From NCBI GenBank assembly GCA_964644355.1, contig CAZXUW010000005.1, forward strand, positions 24,232 to 88,231: a stretch of DNA of 64,000 nucleotides, written 5' to 3'. Source of the DNA: an uncultured Bacteroides sp. (GTDB lineage: Bacteria; Bacillota; Clostridia; Christensenellales; CAG-917). Below are positions 1-9,986 of this stretch, piece by piece (position 1 is the stretch's first letter; the number at the start of each line of letters is the position of its first letter). The notes beneath the pieces are model-generated. The model saw only the letters and a program-made list of their open reading frames with translations. It did no database searches and had not been told where the DNA came from. A program made the translations under genes and the position numbers.

Positions 1-866
1 TCTGTGCCAATACGCACTGAAAACTCTATGTCACCGCTGTCACTTGGCAAAATCTCACTCCTACGCTCTCTGTCGGATATAACGGACAAGAATCTCTTTG
101 CATCCTCAACGTTGTTGTACTCGGGATAATCGAGCATCTTGAGTGCACCCTCGACAAACACGTTCTTGTCACTATGCTCCGACATATATATCCTCAATAT
201 GCCCAGCACGTCGTCGAGTATCTCCTCAAAGCCGTGAAGCTCGTCGTCAATCTCGCTCAAATCAAATTGGTCGATATCCTTGATGTTTCTGCCTTGGAAC
301 ACCTTGTTGAGCACCTTTGTTGCCGTCTCAACGTATTCAGGACGCACATCGTTTGCGATATTGATTGCCTTGTCTGCAAGCATACCTTCATCAGTCACGA
401 TAAGAACAACCGCCTTGCCCTGTTTGAGTGGCACAAGCTTTATCTCCTCAATCAAAATGTCAGAGCTGTTCTTTTCAACAATAAAGGATGTGTAATTGGT
501 CACGTCACTGATGATCTTGGCAGCCTCAACGGACAAATCTTGAATGGTGCCGAGCCTGTGCATAAATCTGTCACGGATGAGTTGTGTCTCTTGGTCGGTG
601 AGCATGTTGCCATCAAATGAGCTTATACTCTCAACGTAGAACTTGTATGCATCCTTGAGCGGGACACGCCCTGCAGAGGTGTGAGGCTGTTCGATATACC
701 CCATTGCCTCAAGAGCACTAAGCTCCGCCCTCACCGTTGCCGAACTGACCTCAGGCAAATACTTGCTCTGTATGTCCGAACTCGACACAGGCTGACCTGT
801 CGTAATATACAAATCAACCAACGCATGAAGTATTCTCTTTTTTCTATCAGTCAACTCTTTTCCCAT
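1..866 (-). CDS. hrcA: Heat-inducible transcription repressor HrcA (3' end runs off the window start)
   Basis: Minus-strand ORF absent from the ORF track because no stop lies in the window. Translation from the ATG at 866..864 gives MGKELTDRKKRILHALVDLYITTGQPVSSSDIQSKYLPEVSSATVRAELSALEAMGYIEQPHTSAGRVP..., a typical HrcA winged-helix N-terminus. A CIRCE-like operator lies upstream. Confidence 0.9.
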   Translation of the reverse strand, partial: MGKELTDRKKRILHALVDLYITTGQPVSSSDIQSKYLPEVSSATVRAELSALEAMGYIEQPHTSAGRVPLKDAYKFYVESISSFDGNMLTDQETQLIRDRFMHRLGTIQDLSVEAAKIISDVTNYTSFIVEKNSSDILIEEIKLVPLKQGKAVVLIVTDEGMLADKAINIANDVRPEYVETATKVLNKVFQGRNIKDIDQFDLSEIDDELHGFEEILDDVLGILRIYMSEHSDKNVFVEGALKMLDYPEYNNVEDAKRFLSVISDRERRSEILPSDSGDIEFSVRIGT

Positions 867-895
867 AAGACCTACCTGCTCGCTCAAGACTATTG

Positions 896-922
896 CTAGC
901 AGTCTTTTGCTTTGATTGCTAA
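896..922 (-). promoter_or_regulatory. CIRCE-like operator (HrcA binding site)
   Basis: The minus strand reads TTAGCAATC-N9-GACTGCTAG versus the CIRCE consensus TTAGCACTC-N9-GAGTGCTAA (15/18). It sits 30 nt upstream of the hrcA ATG and overlaps the predicted TSS. Confidence 0.55.
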
Positions 923-923
923 C

Positions 924-952
924 AGTATATTCTCCTATTTGCCAAATGTCAA
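924..952 (-). promoter_or_regulatory. Sigma-A-type promoter of hrcA
   Basis: Minus strand: TTGACA (952..947), 17-nt spacer, TATACT (929..924). Confidence 0.5.
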
Positions 953-1153
953 TACTTTTAGCAGAATTTTTTGCAAAAAAACTCAATTTTTTTTGCTAGA
1001 ATAAAAATGATGTAATATAAGCTTATTTTAGTATAAATAGATATAAAACAATAATACGCACGCATACGTGCAAAAGATGCAACTTCCAAACCAAAACGGA
1101 CAAATAATTAAATTAAAAAGGTGTGCCACACATAAAGCGTATCACACCTTTTT

Positions 1154-1227
1154 TGGAGCTAGTGGCCGGATTCGAACCGGCGACCTGCTGATTACGAATC
1201 AGCTGCTCTACCTACTGAGCCACACTA
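1154..1227 (-). tRNA. tRNA-Thr (anticodon CGU)
   Basis: The reverse complement GCTAGTGTGGCTCAGTAGGTAGAGCAGCTGATTCGTAATCAGCAGGTCGCCGGTTCGAATCCGGCCACTAGCTCCA folds as a cloverleaf. The anticodon loop is TTCGTAA, the T-loop is GGTTCGAATCC, and CCA is encoded. Confidence 0.9.
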
Positions 1228-1429
1228 GCATCACCAACTTTTATGGATTATATCAAACTTATTTGAAAAATGCAATTCATTTTAACATATTCTCTTGCAT
1301 GTATTTGGATTTTTTTGATTTTGCCAAGTTTGAGTACATCATAATACCGCTCTTTATGGTATCAAAAAACAATCTGCTCGGTTGCAGATTGTTTTTTTTG
1401 GGTTATGTTCATAGTTCAACTTGAATATC

Positions 1430-2992
1430 TCATTCGGCACTGTCCGCTATTGGTTCGTCACAGGCGGAGATTTCGCTATCGTCGATCACATCGCAAACGG
1501 CGTTTTCCTCTGCTGTTTGACAAGGTTGATCACTATCCTCTGTCAATTCATCAACGTCTTCCGTATTGAGTTCGTCAACGTAAACGTACTTCCCTTTCGT
1601 CCATTTTTCAAGGAGTTTTTTGAAGTCTTTTGAGAAGAAGAATCCAATGATCATTATCACGGCAAAGGTGACGAGATAGCTCCAAATTTGTCCGTTTGCC
1701 TTGTAGGTGTCGTATGCACAGTAGCACATGAAAACACAGCACAACGTTGCCAAAATCGGCATAACGAAACGCTTGAAGGGGTTGAGATCCTTGCACTTGA
1801 CCATCATTGCAATGAAAATCGGCACGTAGAATGCATAGAGTGTGATTATGCAAATTTCGTCCGCTTCCCAACAAAGGAATGACGGAATGGAATTGGCACC
1901 CATAACGTTATCAAAGAAGAACAACTGCCATTGCAAAAGCCATATTGCACTGAACACAAGTGCTATAATGGCGGAGTTGTGAGGCATATTTGTCTTTTTG
2001 TCAATTTGGCTGAACACTTTTGGCAAAGGACCTTCGTTTCTTGCCGACAAAGAGTACATACCACGGCAACAGCCGAGCATAACGCCGTTCATAGTGCCAA
2101 GGCAAGAGATGATGACAAACACCATAACAATCGTGCCCATAACGGAGCTATTGAACAGCCTTGAGAAAGCTTGAATGGGCAGATTATCTCCCGAAGTGAT
2201 GATTTCTTCCGTTGACAGCACACCGCTCAAGCCCAAGAAGTACAGCATATACACCGCAACCACGATGATTGCACCAAAGAATAGTGCGACGTACAAGTTT
2301 TTCTTTGAGTTTTTCAGCTCCGAGTTTATGGAAGTTGCGATAATCCAGCCTTCATAGGCAAATGCAAATGCGACTATTGCACCAAAGATGTTGTTTGAAA
2401 TGGCTGTGTCACCGACGCTGTCCAACGTAACTCTAAAGGATTCAAGCGTAGTGCCGTTGATAAGTCCGATGATCGTGCCAACGATACCCATAATGAACAG
2501 CGGAATAAGCTTGATAACCGTGGTGGACACTTGAAATTTGCCTGCAATCTTAGGAGCGAGCGAATTGACGCCATAGCCCATTATCATATAGAAAGTTGCG
2601 ATTGCCAAATGTGATCCGCTTGAAATGTCAAGTCCGAGCAAAATAACAGTGTACTGTGCAGACACCCATGCGAGCGTTGAGGTGATGATCGGATAATACA
2701 TGGTTGTCATAAACCATCCAACATAGTACGCAAATCTCTTGCCGAGCATAGCCTCTGCATAGTCCACAACGCCGTTGATCTTCTCATATCTTGTTGACAG
2801 CGTTGCAAAGACATAGGAGCAAATGATCATGATTGCACCAACAATGGCAACAACCAACAAACTGCTACCCATATTTGCGCCGGTGTTTTTCAGCACCTTC
2901 CCTGCCTTAAAAAAGACACCCGAACCTATAACAATGCCAACGACCATACAAATGGCGGTGATTAGTCCATATTTTTTGGTAAGTTTTTCCAT
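1430..2992 (-). CDS. APC-family amino acid permease with acidic C-terminal tail
   Basis: 520-aa polytopic membrane protein. The N-terminus ITAICMVVGIVIGSGVFFKAG is typical of APC permeases, about 12 hydrophobic segments are present, and a GGGAG RBS precedes the ATG. The last ~60 aa are D/E-rich. Confidence 0.85.
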   Translation of the reverse strand: MEKLTKKYGLITAICMVVGIVIGSGVFFKAGKVLKNTGANMGSSLLVVAIVGAIMIICSYVFATLSTRYEKINGVVDYAEAMLGKRFAYYVGWFMTTMYYPIITSTLAWVSAQYTVILLGLDISSGSHLAIATFYMIMGYGVNSLAPKIAGKFQVSTTVIKLIPLFIMGIVGTIIGLINGTTLESFRVTLDSVGDTAISNNIFGAIVAFAFAYEGWIIATSINSELKNSKKNLYVALFFGAIIVVAVYMLYFLGLSGVLSTEEIITSGDNLPIQAFSRLFNSSVMGTIVMVFVIISCLGTMNGVMLGCCRGMYSLSARNEGPLPKVFSQIDKKTNMPHNSAIIALVFSAIWLLQWQLFFFDNVMGANSIPSFLCWEADEICIITLYAFYVPIFIAMMVKCKDLNPFKRFVMPILATLCCVFMCYCAYDTYKANGQIWSYLVTFAVIMIIGFFFSKDFKKLLEKWTKGKYVYVDELNTEDVDELTEDSDQPCQTAEENAVCDVIDDSEISACDEPIADSAE

Positions 2993-3235
2993 ATGATAAC
3001 TCCCTAAATGTACAAATTTAGAAAACTAATTAAGAGTATTTTATCATAATAAAATAAAGATTGCAATATCAATGTGAATAATTAAACAAATTGTCCAAAA
3101 TCGTCCAAAAATGGCACAAATCTCAAAGCTTCCTACCATTTTATACAAACACTCACCCAAAAAAAGTCAAAATAATGTCATAATTGTTTGCAATCATTAA
3201 CTCGGTATTGATAATCTCATAAAAGGAAAAAACTT

Positions 3236-3448
3236 ATGAACTACGGAAATGAACCAACTTTTGTAATTTGGAAACATTACGGTATTTCGAATGAAGAATC
3301 ATACTTAAGACTAGTTATGCGATTGTTAGCATTTGCCTATGCAATTGGCAACAAAATAGGAGTGGATTTCACAAAAGTGGACGAAAACGGAGATATCTGC
3401 GGAGCGGTATTAATCGTATCTTGTGATGACATTGCGCACAAAGAGTAA
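3236..3448 (+). CDS. Hypothetical small protein (70 aa)
   Basis: An AAAGGA RBS lies upstream of the ATG and a hairpin terminator lies ~45 nt downstream. No recognisable motifs. Confidence 0.35.
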   Translation: MNYGNEPTFVIWKHYGISNEESYLRLVMRLLAFAYAIGNKIGVDFTKVDENGDICGAVLIVSCDDIAHKE

Positions 3449-3493
3449 CAATATCAAATTTCATTCTAAAAAGACTTAGGCAATTTACACTAC

Positions 3494-3527
3494 AAAAGGC
3501 ACTTTGAAAAGTGCCTTTTGCTTTTTA
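3494..3527. terminator. Bidirectional rho-independent terminator
   Basis: AAAAGGCAC-tttgaaaa-GTGCCTTTT stem-loop flanked by A and T runs, between convergent genes. Confidence 0.6.
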
Positions 3528-3544
3528 TTGAAATATAAACGTTA

Positions 3545-5326
3545 TCAGCCAATATTTATGTCATTGCTTGAAATCTCGACATCGTCTGCAAATTGCGATT
3601 CATAAAGCTTTTGATACACACCGCCCTTTGCGAGCAGATCGTCGTGACTGCCTTGCTCCACGATCTTTCCACCGTTGATGACAACGATATTGTCTGCGTG
3701 GCGAACGGTTGAAAGCCTGTGCGCGACAACGATTGTCGTTCTGCCCTTGCAAAGCTCGAACAAAGCCTTTTGAATGATTGCTTCTGTGGTGTTGTCAAGA
3801 GCACTCGTTGCCTCGTCAAGAATGAGAATTGCAGGGTTTTTGAGAAATACTCTTGCAATGCTCAATCTCTGTTTTTGACCGCCTGAGAGCTTCACGCCCC
3901 TCTCGCCTATTTGCGTATCGTAGCCGTCGGGCAAGCTCACGATATAGTCGTGAATATCCGCTTTTTTCGCCGCTTCTATAATCTCGTCATCCGTTGCGTC
4001 TATCTTGCCGTATGCAATATTTTCTTTGAATGTGCCGGTAAATAGGAACACGTCCTGTTGCACAATGCCGACGTTCTTTCTTAAAGATGAGTTGCTTATC
4101 TCGTTTATGGACTCACCGTTGATATAGATGTTGCCGTCATCAAGTTGATAGAACTTTGGAATAAGGTGACAAAGCGTTGTTTTTCCGCCGCCGCTGGCCC
4201 CCACAAACGCATACATCTTGCCGTTGGGTATTGTGAGATTTACGGCATCTAACACATCCTTTTCCTTATCATAAGAAAAAGATACGTTCTCAAAAGTGAT
4301 ATCTCCCTCAAGCCTTTCCACGTCGTGTGCGGTCGGGCTTTGAGCCTCAACTGGGATGTCCATAATCGCAATGAACCGCTTGAATCCGGTGACGCCGTCT
4401 TGTAGTTGTTCAAAGAACTGAATGAGTGTCTGCACCGGTGAAATAAAGAGGTTTATTGACAGCATAAACGCAACAAGATCTACGTAGTCAAAATTTTCAC
4501 TGTCATAAATGCAGAACAATGCTCCCGCAAGCAACACTATGACATTGTAGATCTCTGTCACAAGCCCCATGCTTGCAGAGAATGTGCCCATTGCCTTGTA
4601 TGCTTTTGAGCGAGCTTTGACAAAGTCGGTATTATTCTTTTCAAAACGCTCTTGCTCATACTCTGCGTTGGCGTAAGCCTTTGTGACACGGATACCTGCT
4701 ATTGAGTTTTCAAGCGTGGCATTTATTCCGCCAACCGCCTCTCTGCTTTTCATAAAAGCCTTGTTCATATTCTTTCTACACGCAAATGCGATGAGAAACA
4801 ATATCGGCAAAAACGCAAACACAATCAAGGCAAGTTTCCAGCTTATTGTGCAAAGATATACAAACGATCCAAGCGTAACAAATGTTGTAATGAACAAGTT
4901 TTCAGGTCCGTGGTGTGCAAGCTCGCTGACGTCAAAAAGATCGTTTGTCATTCTTGTCATCAACTGTCCCGTCTCGTTGTTGTCATAAAACGAGTACGGC
5001 AATTTTTCAAGATGAGCAAAGAGGTCGCTTCTCATCTTTGCCTGCATTTTGACACCCATCACGTGACCGTAATAGTTGATGATATACTTCATCCCTGCCC
5101 TAAGCAGATATATGCCGAGAAGGCAACTGCAAAGGATGATGACTTCTTTGATAAGTCCGTTTGGGATAACCTCATTGAGGATTCTTCTTGAAATCATAGG
5201 ATAAACAAGACCGCTGAACGAATAAATGAGCGAGCAAGTCATATCCCCCACAAACGTCCACTTGTGAGGCTTATAATACCCCACAAATCTCTTTAACAAA
5301 TGTTGATTGTTTTTCTCTTTTTTCAT
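3545..5326 (-). CDS. ABC transporter permease/ATP-binding protein (exporter type, MsbA/MDR-like)
   Basis: N-terminal 6-TM domain, Walker A GASGGGKTT, signature LSGGQKQR, Walker B ILILDEATSALD. The start is set at MKKEKNN (ATG 5326); the 12 codons upstream overlap a GTGGGCtctGCCCAC hairpin. Confidence 0.9.
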   Translation of the reverse strand: MKKEKNNQHLLKRFVGYYKPHKWTFVGDMTCSLIYSFSGLVYPMISRRILNEVIPNGLIKEVIILCSCLLGIYLLRAGMKYIINYYGHVMGVKMQAKMRSDLFAHLEKLPYSFYDNNETGQLMTRMTNDLFDVSELAHHGPENLFITTFVTLGSFVYLCTISWKLALIVFAFLPILFLIAFACRKNMNKAFMKSREAVGGINATLENSIAGIRVTKAYANAEYEQERFEKNNTDFVKARSKAYKAMGTFSASMGLVTEIYNVIVLLAGALFCIYDSENFDYVDLVAFMLSINLFISPVQTLIQFFEQLQDGVTGFKRFIAIMDIPVEAQSPTAHDVERLEGDITFENVSFSYDKEKDVLDAVNLTIPNGKMYAFVGASGGGKTTLCHLIPKFYQLDDGNIYINGESINEISNSSLRKNVGIVQQDVFLFTGTFKENIAYGKIDATDDEIIEAAKKADIHDYIVSLPDGYDTQIGERGVKLSGGQKQRLSIARVFLKNPAILILDEATSALDNTTEAIIQKALFELCKGRTTIVVAHRLSTVRHADNIVVINGGKIVEQGSHDDLLAKGGVYQKLYESQFADDVEISSNDINIG

Positions 5327-5375
5327 ATGCCAAATTTCAAATCGGGTGTGGGCAGAGCCCACCTATAATTATTCG

Positions 5376-6290
5376 TTATTCATTTTTAAGATTGCAAAGC
5401 AATCTTAACTTTTCTACAACTTTTTCAAAATACTCCGGCAAATCACAATGAAAACGCATTTCCTCCCCTGTGCGAGGATGCTCTAGGACAAGCTCCGTTG
5501 CGTGCAAAAGTTGTCCGTTGTTATACAATGCGGTTGATCCGCCGTACACCTCATCCCCCACAATCGGATGATGCAAACTTTGTGCATGCACTCTTATTTG
5601 ATGTGTTCTGCCTGTTTCAAGTTCAAAGCGGACAAGCGTATACTGTCCAAATCGTTCAAGCACTCTATAGTGAGTCACGGCTTTACGTCCGTCCTCGTCG
5701 ATAGCCATCTTTTTTCTATCTTTTTTGCTTCTTGCAATAGGCTTATCGACTATTCCCTCATCCTCTTTGAAGTTTCCGTCGCAAAGTCCCAAATATATTC
5801 TGCGTGCAGTTTTTTTCTCTATTTGTTTGGCAAGATTGTGATGTGCATCGTCATTCTTTGCAACGACGATAAGCCCTGACGTGTCCTTGTCAAGCCTATG
5901 CACAATGCCCGGTCTAATAACGCCGTTAATTGCACTCAAGCTGTCCAGATTGTAAAGCAATGCATTGACAAGCGTATCACTTTTTGTATACGAGCTTGCT
6001 TGATGCACCACCATGCCCTGCGGTTTGTTTATCACGGCAAAATCCTTGTCTTGATATATTATATCAAGCGGAATGTTTGCAGGCTCCACGTCAAGCGTTT
6101 GCGGGGTGGGAAGCTCAAATTCGACTTCATCACCGCACTTTAGCTCAAAACCGCTTTTCTTATGCAAAATGCCATTGACAAAAGCACCGTCCTCATCAAG
6201 GACGGTCTTTATACTTGAGCGTGTTTTCCCCAATATATCGGAAAGGAAAACGTCAAGTCGCACGCTGTTTGTGTCAACGACATATTTCAT
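5376..6290 (-). CDS. rluD: RluA-family 23S rRNA pseudouridine synthase (RluD-like)
   Basis: N-terminal S4-like domain and the catalytic motif HRLDKDTSGLIVVAK. The C-terminal HQIRVH motif is also present. Confidence 0.9.
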   Translation of the reverse strand: MKYVVDTNSVRLDVFLSDILGKTRSSIKTVLDEDGAFVNGILHKKSGFELKCGDEVEFELPTPQTLDVEPANIPLDIIYQDKDFAVINKPQGMVVHQASSYTKSDTLVNALLYNLDSLSAINGVIRPGIVHRLDKDTSGLIVVAKNDDAHHNLAKQIEKKTARRIYLGLCDGNFKEDEGIVDKPIARSKKDRKKMAIDEDGRKAVTHYRVLERFGQYTLVRFELETGRTHQIRVHAQSLHHPIVGDEVYGGSTALYNNGQLLHATELVLEHPRTGEEMRFHCDLPEYFEKVVEKLRLLCNLKNE

Positions 6291-6320
6291 ATGCCTACCC
6301 CAACGGATTTATTTATTGTC

Positions 6321-7043
6321 TTATTCTTTTGGTTGTTCGTCATCGGCATTTTTGCCGTCTTTGTCACTCTCGCTCACTTCAAAGGTGTAATTATTGTCCG
6401 ATTTCATCATGGGATTGAGCGGAATGGGAGCGTCAAGCGGATCAATTTCCTCCTCGACTTTTACAGCACCTGCTTGCTCTTGTTCAAACTGTTTTTGGCT
6501 TTGTTTACCCTCTTTGACAAGCATGATGATAAGCACCACAATCAGAATAAATACGCCAATCGTGATAAATGAGTCAGCAATGTTGAACACCGGAAAATCT
6601 CTCCAAAAAGCAAACCAAATAAAGTCACGCACGTAGCCGAACTCTATTCTATCCACGTTGTTGCCGATTCCGCCGGCAAAGATAAACACAAGGGATATGC
6701 GAAGCCACTCACTCTCTTTGATTGCAAGAATGAGATATATGCCAATTCCTGCCAAGATTATGAATGTCAGCACTGCAAGTGCCATAACGTTGCCCTCAAA
6801 GATGCCAAAACCGCCACCGGTGTTTTCAACGTGCCCCAAATCAATCAATCCGGGGATAATTTCACGATATTCGTTCAAGCCAAAAAAGTATTTTTTGGTC
6901 AGCAAGTCGGCAACCAAAATGATTGCAACAACTGCAAGCTCCACAATATACAACCACCATTTCTTTTTGGCAATTTGCGTCCAATTGGACATAAATGCTT
7001 TGATCTTCTGTTTATATTCGCTTGATGAAGTTTTCTCGCTCAT
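6321..7043 (-). CDS. lspA: Lipoprotein signal peptidase II with N- and C-terminal extensions
   Basis: Conserved boxes NTGGGFG and FNIADS, 4 TM segments, AAGGAGAG RBS. It is 240 aa versus the usual ~160, with a ~65-aa acidic C-tail. Confidence 0.85.
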   Translation of the reverse strand: MSEKTSSSEYKQKIKAFMSNWTQIAKKKWWLYIVELAVVAIILVADLLTKKYFFGLNEYREIIPGLIDLGHVENTGGGFGIFEGNVMALAVLTFIILAGIGIYLILAIKESEWLRISLVFIFAGGIGNNVDRIEFGYVRDFIWFAFWRDFPVFNIADSFITIGVFILIVVLIIMLVKEGKQSQKQFEQEQAGAVKVEEEIDPLDAPIPLNPMMKSDNNYTFEVSESDKDGKNADDEQPKE

Positions 7044-7052
7044 AATCTCTCC

Positions 7053-7439
7053 TTAACCTCTGATTTGCGGAGGAATTGTAATGGTCACACCTTGCGGAGC
7101 AAAGAGGAAAATATTTTTTGTGATCTGCTGAATGCTTCCGTCAAGAGCGTAAATTGCACCGCTCATAAAGTCGAGAATGCGATACACCGACTGTTGATTG
7201 AGGGTGGAAAAATCAACGATAACCTGCTCTCTCATCTTCAAGTGGTCTATGAGAAGTTGCACGTCTTTGTATGTGCGTGGCGAATAGATCACAACACCCG
7301 ACGCCCCTGCTTGCCCATACTGCGGTTGCGTATAGCTGGGCACCTGCTGAACAGGCGTCTGTTGCGGTCGTGTGAAGCCACCCACGTTCGGTTGCGAACT
7401 GCGATTTGTTTGACTGTATCGTGAATATCTTTCGTCCAT
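7053..7439 (-). CDS. sepF: Cell division protein SepF
   Basis: The C-terminal domain YSPRTYKDVQLLIDHLKMREQVIVDFSTL...ALDGSIQQITKNIFLFAP is typical SepF. It is adjacent to ylmE. Confidence 0.85.
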   Translation of the reverse strand: MDERYSRYSQTNRSSQPNVGGFTRPQQTPVQQVPSYTQPQYGQAGASGVVIYSPRTYKDVQLLIDHLKMREQVIVDFSTLNQQSVYRILDFMSGAIYALDGSIQQITKNIFLFAPQGVTITIPPQIRG

Positions 7440-7465
7440 ATCCGTATCCTTTCTATATTTCTTGT

Positions 7466-8143
7466 CTATATTTCTTGCTTGTTGTACACTCTGTCTCCAA
7501 ACAGCACTCTGCCAAGCCTCAACATATTTGAGCCGTGCTCTAGTGCGATTTGATAATCGTTTGACATGCCCGCCGACAGATATTTTATATCTGTGTGTGG
7601 CATATTCGTCTCCTTTGCATCGTTATATATCCGCTCAAGCCTCTCATACAGCTTGTGCAAAGCGAGCTTATCCTCAAGGTTTGGAAGCACACTCATTATG
7701 CCCTCGACCTTAATGTGCGGATACTCTTGCATTTTTGCGATAAAGTCTATCACCTCATCGGGGCTTACACCGCCCTTTGTGATCTCTGCACCCATATTGA
7801 CTTCAACAAGGCAAGGCATAACGATGCCGTGTTTCACCGCCTGTTTTTCAATCTCAACGGCAAGCGATTGTCTGTCAAGCGAATGTATGAGATCAACCTT
7901 GTCAATGACGTATTTCACCTTGTTTGTCTGAAGTTGTCCAATAAAATGCCATTCATACCTTTCGTCATACTTCTCAACAAGCTCTTGCACCCTGTTTTCG
8001 CCCAACACAAAATCGGGAGCAATGCTCATAAACTCGTCTATCGTCTGCTTGCTCTGCGTTTTGCTTGCACCTATGAGCGTAACTGTTTGCGGATATTTTG
8101 CAACCTCGTCACGCACTCTTTTGAGATTGTCCACCAAAATCAT
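7466..8143 (-). CDS. yggS: YggS/YlmE-family PLP homeostasis protein
   Basis: Motifs LIGASKTQ (PLP Lys), HFIGQLQTNK and LSAGMSNDY. The start is chosen at ATG 8143, 1 nt after the upstream TAA; an alternative in-frame start is at 8164. Confidence 0.85.
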   Translation of the reverse strand: MILVDNLKRVRDEVAKYPQTVTLIGASKTQSKQTIDEFMSIAPDFVLGENRVQELVEKYDERYEWHFIGQLQTNKVKYVIDKVDLIHSLDRQSLAVEIEKQAVKHGIVMPCLVEVNMGAEITKGGVSPDEVIDFIAKMQEYPHIKVEGIMSVLPNLEDKLALHKLYERLERIYNDAKETNMPHTDIKYLSAGMSNDYQIALEHGSNMLRLGRVLFGDRVYNKQEI

Positions 8144-8144
8144 A

Positions 8145-9842
8145 TTATTGAATATAGAACTCACCCGTCACGTCATTGAAAACAAGCATTTTTTGCGTGC
8201 CGTTTTCCTCGTACACGACCTTGATAATTTCCTTTGCGATATTCTCGGCACTTATGATTTTGCCCTCGAATTTGCCATACGCATCAAGCAAAATTGCCAT
8301 CTTTTCGCTGTCATATTCCCCTATGTCGTCACTCACAAACAGCACGTGACCGAACAGGTGATTGACTGTCGCAAGCAACTTTTTCTGCTCAAGCGTATAT
8401 CCTGCCTCTTTCATTCCCCCATCTCTCAAGAAGAATACGTCGGGATCGTTTGCCCAGATTCTGCCATTGAGGTGGCGGCGGTATACACTGTTCACCATAG
8501 CCATCTTTGCGGAAATAATCTCCTGATTGGTCACTTTCACGTAGAATTTTTCTTTGAAAGTGTTTTCAACGTCGCAACTTATTCTGCAAGCATCCACAAC
8601 GCCGAACGCAGGGGCAAGCGGAACTCCGCAACCGAGGATAATCTTATCTCCACAGCACTCACGCAAGAAGTCCATTGCCTCGCACATGAGCTGTCCTCTC
8701 GTCTTTCCATTGCGAGGATTTATGCACACGGCATACAGGAAGTCGAGCTTGACCATATCAAAATGCCACTCGTTGAACACCTTGTCAAAGTACGCTTTGA
8801 TATAATCTCTCACCTCTTGTTTTTCAAAGTCAAGCGCCCAAAAACCGCCCCAAGATATACCGCTTATCACAGGTTTTCCGTTCTTGCCACGCACAATCCA
8901 ATCGGGATGCTCCTTGACAAGTTTTGCCTTGAATTGCACCGCAAAAGGAGCATACCAAAGCCCTGCCTTATATCCATACGAATGGATCTTGTCAACGATA
9001 GGCTCAAGTCCGTTTGGAAACTTTGTCGTGTCAATATCCCAATCACCCACAGCCGTTTCGTATCCATCGTCGATTTGGAAAATGTTTGCACAATCACCAA
9101 CGCTTGCAAGACCGTCAAGGTCACGCAAAATTATCTCCTCGTTGATGTTTTGATAGTAGTTATACCAAGAGGTATACCCTGCCAAATGCTCCACTCTATG
9201 AGTATGCTTTTGGGGATACTCTGCAAAATACTCGTCAAACACAGCATCATACGTGCCGTGCACGTGCATAATGTCAAACAGCTCGTATTCACCGCCAAAG
9301 CTCAAGCCCTCGATATCCTTGACAATCGCAAAGATATCCGCCTTCATATCGGCATAGAAAATCGTGTAACCGGTACGCTCGTTGAGTGAACCGAAAAACT
9401 CCACACTCTCCCCTCTGCGTATATATGAATAGCTGAAGCCGTGATAAAGATCTTTGCCATACTCCGTAAAGGCGTAATCTCCAGAAGCTCCCGACCAATC
9501 TCTTGCGATGGGAAGATTGCTGAGTGTCCTCAAGCCGTATTGCCTATCTCCCTTTTTATATTCTCTTGACGATGTCCAAGATTGATATCCGTTTGCAAAA
9601 AACCTTTCAAGACCGTCATACTTGTGATCGTAAATAAGCTCCGCACGAATCATCTGCAAAAGCTGTGCATTGCCATCGGCATTGATGACAATCTTCACGT
9701 GATTTTCATCACCTATGTCACGTATGCGGAAATGCTTGCCAAGATACTCGTTGTTTTGCAAAAGTGCGGACTCCACACATTCAACGTGGCAAGTGCGAGC
9801 AATGCGATATTCAATTTTGAGAGTATACTGCTTGATGTTCAT
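8145..9842 (-). CDS. Glycoside hydrolase family 36-like (alpha-galactosidase-like)
   Basis: Motifs NGYQSWTSS, FQIDDGYETAVGDW, KAGLWYAPF and MVKLDFLY match the GH36 catalytic barrel. A GAGGGA RBS is present. Confidence 0.7.
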   Translation of the reverse strand: MNIKQYTLKIEYRIARTCHVECVESALLQNNEYLGKHFRIRDIGDENHVKIVINADGNAQLLQMIRAELIYDHKYDGLERFFANGYQSWTSSREYKKGDRQYGLRTLSNLPIARDWSGASGDYAFTEYGKDLYHGFSYSYIRRGESVEFFGSLNERTGYTIFYADMKADIFAIVKDIEGLSFGGEYELFDIMHVHGTYDAVFDEYFAEYPQKHTHRVEHLAGYTSWYNYYQNINEEIILRDLDGLASVGDCANIFQIDDGYETAVGDWDIDTTKFPNGLEPIVDKIHSYGYKAGLWYAPFAVQFKAKLVKEHPDWIVRGKNGKPVISGISWGGFWALDFEKQEVRDYIKAYFDKVFNEWHFDMVKLDFLYAVCINPRNGKTRGQLMCEAMDFLRECCGDKIILGCGVPLAPAFGVVDACRISCDVENTFKEKFYVKVTNQEIISAKMAMVNSVYRRHLNGRIWANDPDVFFLRDGGMKEAGYTLEQKKLLATVNHLFGHVLFVSDDIGEYDSEKMAILLDAYGKFEGKIISAENIAKEIIKVVYEENGTQKMLVFNDVTGEFYIQ

Positions 9843-9937
9843 AAATTCCCTCGCAAAGTTCTCTTAATTTATTAAGATAACTTATTATAGCAAACAAAAC
9901 GCAAAATGTAAACACCCTTTGAGGATTATCTGCAAAT

Positions 9938-9966
9938 AAAAAAAGTGACCTTGCGTCACTCTCTGT
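9938..9966 (-). terminator. Rho-independent terminator after the ECF S-component gene
   Basis: The minus strand has the hairpin GAGTGACgcaagGTCACT followed by TTTTTTTAT. Confidence 0.5.
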
Positions 9967-9986
9967 TGCTATTGTCGATATATGCT

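Noticed and set aside
6321-7043. LspA with ~30-aa N-terminal and ~65-aa acidic C-terminal extensions.
   Set aside because: The start is supported by a good RBS, so the extensions are probably real. However, charged tails recur on several membrane proteins in this window (the permease and the SipWs) and look like a lineage trait rather than a specific novelty.
8022-9389. 455-aa plus-strand ORF, together with similar long antisense ORFs at 32832-33800, 36589-37434, 43159-44220 and 45460-46494.
   Set aside because: Each lies antisense to a minus-strand gene with unmistakable family motifs (GH36, glyA, hslU, comM, McrC-like). They have no RBS, odd composition (Cys/His/Phe/Leu-rich) and no recognisable motifs. 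They are typical shadow ORFs.
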